The position numbers and the translations under genes are program-made. A stretch of 64,000 nucleotides of DNA from Desulfovibrionaceae bacterium (GTDB taxonomy: Bacteria; Desulfobacterota; Desulfovibrionia; Desulfovibrionales; Desulfovibrionaceae): contig JADFXV010000002.1 in the NCBI GenBank assembly GCA_015233395.1, forward strand, positions 8,425 to 72,424, given 5' to 3'. The notes under the pieces were generated by a model. It was not told where the DNA came from, ran no database searches, and worked only from the letters and a program-made list of their open reading frames with translations. Below are positions 57,935-64,000 of the stretch, piece after piece. Numbering within the stretch: position 1 is the stretch's first letter; each line of letters begins with the position of its first letter.

Positions 57935-59356
57935 CTACTTGTAGTAGAGCTTGACCTCGTTGGTCTGGATGTCTTTTTGTCCGGGCGTGGGCTGGCCGCA
58001 GGTCAGGACCACGGACTCTCCGAACTGGAACTCCTTGGACTGTTGCACGTAATTTTCGATGCGTTCCAGATGGCCGCCGCTCGTGGCTTCGAGCAGGCGC
58101 GGCTCCACTCCCCAGACGAAGTTCAGGTAACGCATCACCCGGGGGTCGGGGGTCAGGGCGAAGACCGGGTGGTTGGGGCGCCTGGAGGACAAGATCCTGG
58201 CCGTGGTTCCGGACGTCGAATGGCTGACGATGGCGGCGCTTTCGGCGTTGTCGGCCAAAAGCGTGGCCGCGTAGGCCAGGTATTTGGCCGGATTTTTCTC
58301 TTTTTTCGGGGCGTAGGGCCCCTGGATGCGCTCGAGGTAGTATTCCTCGGCCTGGGTGGCGATGTCCTGCATGACCTTGACCGCTTGCAGGGGATAATCG
58401 CCCACGGCGGTCTCTTCAGAGAGCATCATGCAGTCCGCTCCGTCGAGAATGGCGTTGGCCACGTCGGTGGTTTCCGCCCGGGTGGGGATGGGGTGCTTGA
58501 CCATGGACAAAAGCATCTGGGTGGCCACGATGCAGGGCTTCTGCGCGTGGCGGCAGGCGCGGATGATGCGTTTCTGGATGATAGGCAGCTCGGGCAGCGG
58601 GCATTCCAGGCCGAGATCGCCCCGGGCGACCATGATCACGTCGGACAGGGCCAGGATTTCGTCGAGCCTGTCCACGGCGTTCTGGCGTTCGAGCTTGGAG
58701 CACACCGGAACCCAGACCCCGTGCTTCTTGATCTCGCCCTTGATCTGGGCCACGTCCTCGGGCCCCTGGACAAAGGACAGGGCCACGGCGTCCACGCCGA
58801 TGTCCAGGCCCTCGTGCAGGTCCTTGATGTCCTTGGCGGTCAGGGCCGGCATGGCGTGGTGCTTGCCCGGGAAGGCGATGCCCTTGTGCGAGGACAAAAA
58901 GCCGGCGTTCTGGACTTCCAGGGCGTAGAGCTTGTCGGCCTTGACCACCTGCACGACCTTGAACTGGAGCAGGCCGTCGCTTAAGTTCACGGGCATGCCC
59001 ACCTGCAAGCCCACGAGCAGCTCGGGAATCTCGATGCCGATGAAGGCCTCCTCGGCCTGGCTCGGCTCCTGGCCTTCCAGGCCGAGCAAGATGATCTCGC
59101 CCTTGTTGACCTGGCGCGGCGAATCCTTGACCTCGCCGATGCGGATCTTGGGGCCGCACAGGTCGGCCATGGCCGTCAGCGGCCGCGCAAGCTCCTCTTC
59201 CAGCTCCCGGATGATCTTCATGATCGGCACGAAATACGCGGCGTCGGCATGGGAGAAGTTCAGGCGGAAAATCCGCACGCCGTTTTCGGCCATGTCCCGC
59301 ATCATCTGCTTGTTGATGGAAGCCGGCCCGAGGGTGGCCACGATCTTGGTGCGCAT
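57935..59356 (-). CDS. pyk: Pyruvate kinase
   Basis: MRTKIVATLGPAS..RLNFSHA..VARGDLG. Start trimmed to ATG 59354-59356. The ORF-track extension runs through a B repeat. Confidence 0.94.
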   Translation of the reverse strand: MRTKIVATLGPASINKQMMRDMAENGVRIFRLNFSHADAAYFVPIMKIIRELEEELARPLTAMADLCGPKIRIGEVKDSPRQVNKGEIILLGLEGQEPSQAEEAFIGIEIPELLVGLQVGMPVNLSDGLLQFKVVQVVKADKLYALEVQNAGFLSSHKGIAFPGKHHAMPALTAKDIKDLHEGLDIGVDAVALSFVQGPEDVAQIKGEIKKHGVWVPVCSKLERQNAVDRLDEILALSDVIMVARGDLGLECPLPELPIIQKRIIRACRHAQKPCIVATQMLLSMVKHPIPTRAETTDVANAILDGADCMMLSEETAVGDYPLQAVKVMQDIATQAEEYYLERIQGPYAPKKEKNPAKYLAYAATLLADNAESAAIVSHSTSGTTARILSSRRPNHPVFALTPDPRVMRYLNFVWGVEPRLLEATSGGHLERIENYVQQSKEFQFGESVVLTCGQPTPGQKDIQTNEVKLYYK

Positions 59357-59510
59357 GGAGCCGTCCTTTGGTTGCGGTTGTGTCGCCTCGAAGGCGGATG
59401 ACGCGGCGCAATGCGAACACAAAAGCGCGCCTTTCCTTTCGTTTTGGTATTGTTTATACTGGACCGGGCCGTTAGTCCATGGCCGGCGTGGGCGATGGCG
59501 GGGTAAAGAA

Positions 59511-59557
59511 CGCCTCCGGCGGCCCAAGGGGCTTAGCCCCTTGGGAATCCCCATTCA
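59511..59557 (+). repeat. B-unit palindromic repeat in the divergent pyk/aminotransferase region
   Basis: CGCCTCCGGCGGCCCAAGGGGCTTAGCCCCTTGGGAATCCCCATTCA. Confidence 0.85.
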
Positions 59558-59637
59558 TTGTGGCTGCCTAGGCTTAACCCGCGTAATGCGGCCAAACCGA
59601 CTCGTTTTATTGACAATTTTGCACTTCGGAGTCGCCG

Positions 59638-60804
59638 ATGCTCAATAAATTGCGCCTTTTGACCCCCGGCCCGACGCCTCTGCCCGAGGAAGTCCGGCTG
59701 GCCATGGCCCGGGACATGGTCCACCACCGCAAAGCCGGCTTCAAGGCGGTTCTGGCCGAGGTCCAGGAAGGGCTCAAAGCGCTTTTTGGAACCGCCCAGC
59801 CGGTGTTGCCCCTGACCTGCTCGGGCACCGGGGCCATGGACGCGGCCGTCTCGGGACTTTTTTCGCCCGGAGAAAAGGTGCTGGTCGTGGAGGCGGGCAA
59901 GTTCGGCCAGCGGTTCACCCAGATCGCCCGCCGGCGCGGCCTGCTCGTGGCCGCCCAGCCCCTGCCCTGGGGCCAGGCCGCCGATCCGGCCATGGTCCGC
60001 TACGCCCTGGAAGCGGACAAGGACATCGTCGGCGTGCTGATGCAGGCCTCGGAGACCTCGACCGGGGTCTTGCACCCGGTGCGCGAGGTCGCGACAGTCA
60101 CCAAGTCCCACGGCGCGCTGCTGGTCGTGGACGGCATTTCCGCCGTGGGCGTCTCGCCCCTGCCCATGGACGAATGGGGAGTGGATTGCCTGCTCACCGG
60201 CTCGCAAAAAGGGTTGATGCTGCCGCCCGGACTGGCCTTTCTGGCCCTGAGCGAAAAGGCCTGGGAGCGCGCCGCGAAAGCCGCGCCGGGCTCGTTTTAT
60301 TTCGATCTGGCCGGAGAGCTCGCCAACCTCAAAAAACACCAGACCCTGTTCACCCCGGCGGTGAGCCTGATCGCCGGCCTGCAGGAGAGCCTGCGGCTGT
60401 TCAAGGCCGAGGGCCTGGAGGCGGTCTACCGCAAGCAGTGGGCCCTGACCCTGGGCTGCCGCGCCGGGGCGCGGGCCTTGGGCCTGGACCTGTTCGCGCC
60501 CAAACATTTCGCCTGGGGTCTGACCTCGGTCGCCCTGCCGGAAGGCGTGGACGGCGTCCGGCTCGTCCAGGTCGCGGCCGAGAAATACGGGGTGGTCATG
60601 GCCGGCGGCCAGGATCAACTCAAGGGCAGGATCGTGCGCGTCGGCCACATGGGCCATGTCGATTTCGGCGACCTTCTGGCCGGGCTCCACGCCTTCAACC
60701 GCTCGTTTGCAATCTGCGGCGGCTTTTCCGCCTGCGACGATTACCTGGAGCGCGCCATGGCCGCCTACGAGGAGGCCCTGGAACAAGGCTATCCGGCCCT
60801 GTAA
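59638..60804 (+). CDS. Class V aminotransferase (serine-pyruvate/alanine-glyoxylate type)
   Basis: 388 aa. LLTPGPTPLPEEV start and PLP-lysine region LLTGSQKGLMLPPGLAF. Confidence 0.85.
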   Translation: MLNKLRLLTPGPTPLPEEVRLAMARDMVHHRKAGFKAVLAEVQEGLKALFGTAQPVLPLTCSGTGAMDAAVSGLFSPGEKVLVVEAGKFGQRFTQIARRRGLLVAAQPLPWGQAADPAMVRYALEADKDIVGVLMQASETSTGVLHPVREVATVTKSHGALLVVDGISAVGVSPLPMDEWGVDCLLTGSQKGLMLPPGLAFLALSEKAWERAAKAAPGSFYFDLAGELANLKKHQTLFTPAVSLIAGLQESLRLFKAEGLEAVYRKQWALTLGCRAGARALGLDLFAPKHFAWGLTSVALPEGVDGVRLVQVAAEKYGVVMAGGQDQLKGRIVRVGHMGHVDFGDLLAGLHAFNRSFAICGGFSACDDYLERAMAAYEEALEQGYPAL

Positions 60805-60842
60805 TATTTTTCCCGGGGACGGGCGAAATCGCGGTTTTTTGA

Positions 60843-61012
60843 CGCCTCCGGCGGCCAAAGGGCTCGGCCCTTTGGAATCCCTCATAATTTTGTATGTTGC
60901 TCCGCCGTATCGCGAGTCTGACCTGGCGGCATATGCATTTACAAGTTGCTCTACGGTAAAAAGTTTTTGAAAGGGGGTCCGGGGGAAAAATTTTTTCAAA
61001 AATTTTTCCCCC
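60843..61012. repeat. Repeat cluster (B unit, G-unit, A unit) upstream of purL
   Basis: Units in order: GCCTCCGGCGGCCAAAGGGCTCGGCCCTTTGGAATCCCTC at 60843-60882; GGGGGTCCGGGGG at 60973-60985; GGGGGAAAAATTTTTTCAAAAATTTTTCCCCC at 60981-61012. Confidence 0.88.
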
Positions 61013-61039
61013 GGTCTTATCTCCCCGCAAGGAGCCGTC

Positions 61040-64000
61040 ATGTTGTGGCGCATTGAAACAACGGTTCGTCCCCGGGTCGCCGACGCGGCCGGCAGGCGGG
61101 TCGCCGCGAAAATCAAGAACGAGCTTGGGCTTGAGGTCGCGGGCGTGCGGCTGATCCGGGTGTTCACCGTGGCCGGGCTGTCGCGCGACGAGGCTCAAAA
61201 GGTGGTGGAGGCGGCCGCCCTGCACGACCCGGTCTTGCAGACCGCGTCGCTTTTGCCGCTTGGCCACGATTTCGACTGGGCCGTCGAGGTCGGGCTGCGG
61301 CCCGGGGTCACGGACAACGAGGGCCGAACCGCCAAGGAGACCATCTCCCTGGTTCTGGGGCTGTCCCCGGAGCGCGCCGCCGCGCTCGCCGTGTTCACCG
61401 CGCAGCAGTACCTGATCGACGGCGCGCTCTCCGAAGCCCAGGTCGAACGCATCTGCCGCGACCTATTGGCCAACGATCTGATCCAGCGCCACGAATTCAA
61501 AAGCGCCGCCCAGTGGGCGGCGCACCACGGATTTACGCCCAGAAGCGCCCAGGTCGCGGCCGAGGCGGTCAGCGACGTGGCCGCCGTCGATCTGGCGGCC
61601 ATGGACGACGCGGCGCTTGCGGCCTTCAGCCGCGACAACACCCTGGCGCTTAGTCTTAGCGAGATGCGGGTCATCCGCGACCATTTCCTGGACGAGCGGA
61701 CCGCGGCCGCCCGCAAGGCCGCCGGGTTGCCGGACACGCCCACGGACGCCGAGATCGAGGTCCTGGCCCAGACCTGGTCCGAGCACTGCAAGCACAAGAT
61801 CTTCAACGCGAAAATCACTTACACGGACAAGCGAACCGGCGAGGTCCGGGTCATCGACAGCTTATACAAGACCTTCATTCAGGGGACGACCGCGGCCATC
61901 CGGACCGGGCTCGGGGACCGCGACTATTGTCTGTCGGTGTTCACGGACAACGCCGGGGTGATCAAGTTCACGGACGCACTTTCGGTGTGCATCAAGGTCG
62001 AGACGCACAATTCGCCCTCGGCGCTCGACCCCTACGGCGGCGCGCTGACCGGGATCGTCGGGGTCAACCGCGATCCCATGGGCACGGGCATGGGCGCGAA
62101 CCTGCTCTGCAACACGGACGTGTTCTGTTTCGCCTCGCCCTTTTACGACCGCGAGCTGCCGCCGAGGCTTTTGCATCCGCGCCGGGTGCTCGAAGGCGTG
62201 CGCGAGGGCGTGGAGCACGGCGGCAACAAGTCCGGCATTCCCACGGTCAACGGCTCGATCGTGTTCGACGAGCGCTACCTCGGCAAGCCCCTGGTCTTCT
62301 GCGGCACGGTCGGGACCATGCCGGCTACGCTGCACGGCAAGCCCAGCCATATGAAAAAGGCCCGGCCCGGCGACGCCATCGTCATGACCGGCGGGCGCAT
62401 CGGCAAGGACGGCATCCACGGGGCGACCTTTTCCTCCGAAGAGCTCCACGAGGGCTCCCCGGCCACGGCGGTGCAGATCGGCGACCCGATCACCCAGCGC
62501 AAGATGTACGATTTTCTCATGCGCGCCCGCGACGCCGGGTATTACAACGCCATCACCGACAACGGCGCGGGCGGGCTGTCCTCCTCGGTCGGCGAGATGG
62601 CCCGCGACACCGGGGGCTGCGAGCTCGACCTGTCGCGCGCCCCGCTCAAATACCCGGGCCTGCGCCCCTGGGAGATCCTGCTCTCCGAGGCCCAGGAGCG
62701 CATGACCCTGGCCGTGCCGCAAGACCGGCTGCCGGCCTTTTTGGCCCTGGCCCGAGAAATGGACGTCGAGGCCTCCGTGCTCGGGACCTTCACCGAATCG
62801 GGATATTTCCGGGTGACCTACGGCGACAAACCGGTGGCCGGGCTGTCCATGGACTTTTTGCACGACGGCGCGCCGCAGTTGCTGCTGGAAGCGGTCTGGG
62901 AAGAGCCGGTCCGGGAAAAAATCGCGCCCCAGACCACGGACCTTGACCAGGCGCAGCTGCTTGCGCGCATGCTCGGGCGCTTAAATATCTGCAGCAAGCA
63001 ATACGTCATCCGGCAATACGACCACGAGGTCAAAGGCGGCAGCGCGGTCAAGCCCTTGGTCGGGGTCAAGCGGGACGGCCCGGCCGACGCAGGGGTTTTG
63101 CGCCCGGATCTGTCGCGGCCGGAAGGCCTGGTCGTGTCCCACGGCATCTGCCCGAAATTCTCCGACATCGACACGTATCACATGATGGCGGCCGCCATCG
63201 ACGAAGCCGTGCGCAACGCCGTGGCCGTGGGCGCGGACCCGGCGACGCTCGCCGGAGTGGACAATTTCTGCTGGTGCGACCCGGTGGCGAGCGAAAAAAC
63301 TCCGGACGGGCGCTACAAGCTCGCCCAACTGGTCCGGGCCAACCAGGCCCTGGCCGACGTCTGCCTAGCCTACGGCGCGCCCTGCGTCTCGGGCAAGGAT
63401 TCCATGAAAAACGACTACACCGGCGGCGGCGTGAAGATCTCCATCCCGCCCACGGTGTTGTTTTCGATTATCGGCAAGATCGACGATGTTTCCAAGTCCG
63501 TGACCTCGGACTTCAAGCGACCGGGCGACCTGGTCTACCTGCTGGGCGCAACCGCAAGCGAACTCGGCGGCTCGGAACTCGAAAGCGAACTGCGCGCGGG
63601 CGGCGGCAACGTCCCCGTGGTCGACGCCGCCCGCTTCAAGGCCCGCTACCACGACCTGCACCGGGCCATGTCCGCGCGTCTGGTCAACGCCTGCCACGAC
63701 CTTTCCGACGGCGGCCTAGGGGTCGCCCTGGCGGAAATGGCCATCGGCGGCCGGCTCGGGGCGACGATCGACCTGGCCCGGATGCCCGTGTTAGGCGGCG
63801 GCCTCTCCACGCTCGAATTACTCTACAGCGAATCGGCCGGGAGACTGCTTGCGACCGTGGCCCCGGAGAACCGGGCCGCCTTTGAGGCCCATTTCCCGGC
63901 CGCGGAACTGGGCCTGCTCGGAGTGGTGACGCACGAGCCGGTTTTGGAGCTGCGGTCGGGCATGGCGCCCGTTTTGCGCGAAGACGTCGAAAAACTGGCG
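61040..64000 (+). CDS. purL: Phosphoribosylformylglycinamidine synthase, PurL-type with N-terminal extension (3' end runs off the window)
   Basis: Absent from the ORF track because no stop lies in the window. My translation from ATG 61040 (AAGGAG Shine-Dalgarno) reads MLWRIETTVRP.. and contains WSEHCKHKIF, DNAGVIKF, ETHNSPSALDPYGGA, GNKSGIPTV and VSGKDSMKND. Confidence 0.88.
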   Translation, partial: MLWRIETTVRPRVADAAGRRVAAKIKNELGLEVAGVRLIRVFTVAGLSRDEAQKVVEAAALHDPVLQTASLLPLGHDFDWAVEVGLRPGVTDNEGRTAKETISLVLGLSPERAAALAVFTAQQYLIDGALSEAQVERICRDLLANDLIQRHEFKSAAQWAAHHGFTPRSAQVAAEAVSDVAAVDLAAMDDAALAAFSRDNTLALSLSEMRVIRDHFLDERTAAARKAAGLPDTPTDAEIEVLAQTWSEHCKHKIFNAKITYTDKRTGEVRVIDSLYKTFIQGTTAAIRTGLGDRDYCLSVFTDNAGVIKFTDALSVCIKVETHNSPSALDPYGGALTGIVGVNRDPMGTGMGANLLCNTDVFCFASPFYDRELPPRLLHPRRVLEGVREGVEHGGNKSGIPTVNGSIVFDERYLGKPLVFCGTVGTMPATLHGKPSHMKKARPGDAIVMTGGRIGKDGIHGATFSSEELHEGSPATAVQIGDPITQRKMYDFLMRARDAGYYNAITDNGAGGLSSSVGEMARDTGGCELDLSRAPLKYPGLRPWEILLSEAQERMTLAVPQDRLPAFLALAREMDVEASVLGTFTESGYFRVTYGDKPVAGLSMDFLHDGAPQLLLEAVWEEPVREKIAPQTTDLDQAQLLARMLGRLNICSKQYVIRQYDHEVKGGSAVKPLVGVKRDGPADAGVLRPDLSRPEGLVVSHGICPKFSDIDTYHMMAAAIDEAVRNAVAVGADPATLAGVDNFCWCDPVASEKTPDGRYKLAQLVRANQALADVCLAYGAPCVSGKDSMKNDYTGGGVKISIPPTVLFSIIGKIDDVSKSVTSDFKRPGDLVYLLGATASELGGSELESELRAGGGNVPVVDAARFKARYHDLHRAMSARLVNACHDLSDGGLGVALAEMAIGGRLGATIDLARMPVLGGGLSTLELLYSESAGRLLATVAPENRAAFEAHFPAAELGLLGVVTHEPVLELRSGMAPVLREDVEKLA

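Overview
High-G+C chromosomal segment. Hand-counted 60-nt lines in core genes give about 70% G+C. Gene content fits a motile, anaerobic Desulfovibrionaceae-like deltaproteobacterium; that taxonomic call is inference from gene content and codon style only. Most of the window is housekeeping: kdpD-CBAF potassium pump operon, greA, an ABC-F ATPase, cstA, lepA-lepB, metK, panC, polA, acs, cheW, rsmB, ridA, fliLMNOPQ, yggS, topA, era, an MltD-like lytic transglycosylase, pyk and a PurL-type FGAM synthase. I recognised no rRNA, tRNA, CRISPR array, transposase or integrase. The main structure that genes do not explain is a dense family of modular GC-rich palindromic repeats. At least 13 loci between 18.2 and 61.0 kb are built from a handful of recurring units in varying order and orientation, like BIME/REP mosaics. 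One copy sits inside the 3' end of a coding region. Several form perfect hairpins of 45-66 nt that abut stop codons. The best protein-level candidate for an uncharacterised system is the cluster at 13.7-19.6 kb. It holds a secreted protein, a membrane-anchored protein, a Tat-signal DUF362-like protein, a NapH-type membrane polyferredoxin and a Tat-signal aldo/keto reductase. Smaller oddities: a 29-codon hydrophobic ORF upstream of kdpF; a PEP-utilising enzyme with a non-canonical C-terminal domain; a degenerate GGDEF protein that keeps its I-site; an NFACT/DUF814 (RqcH-like) protein; a roughly 2.2 kb low-G+C islet; and an orphan dcm-vsr pair. All family assignments come from motif recognition by eye. 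No database search was run.
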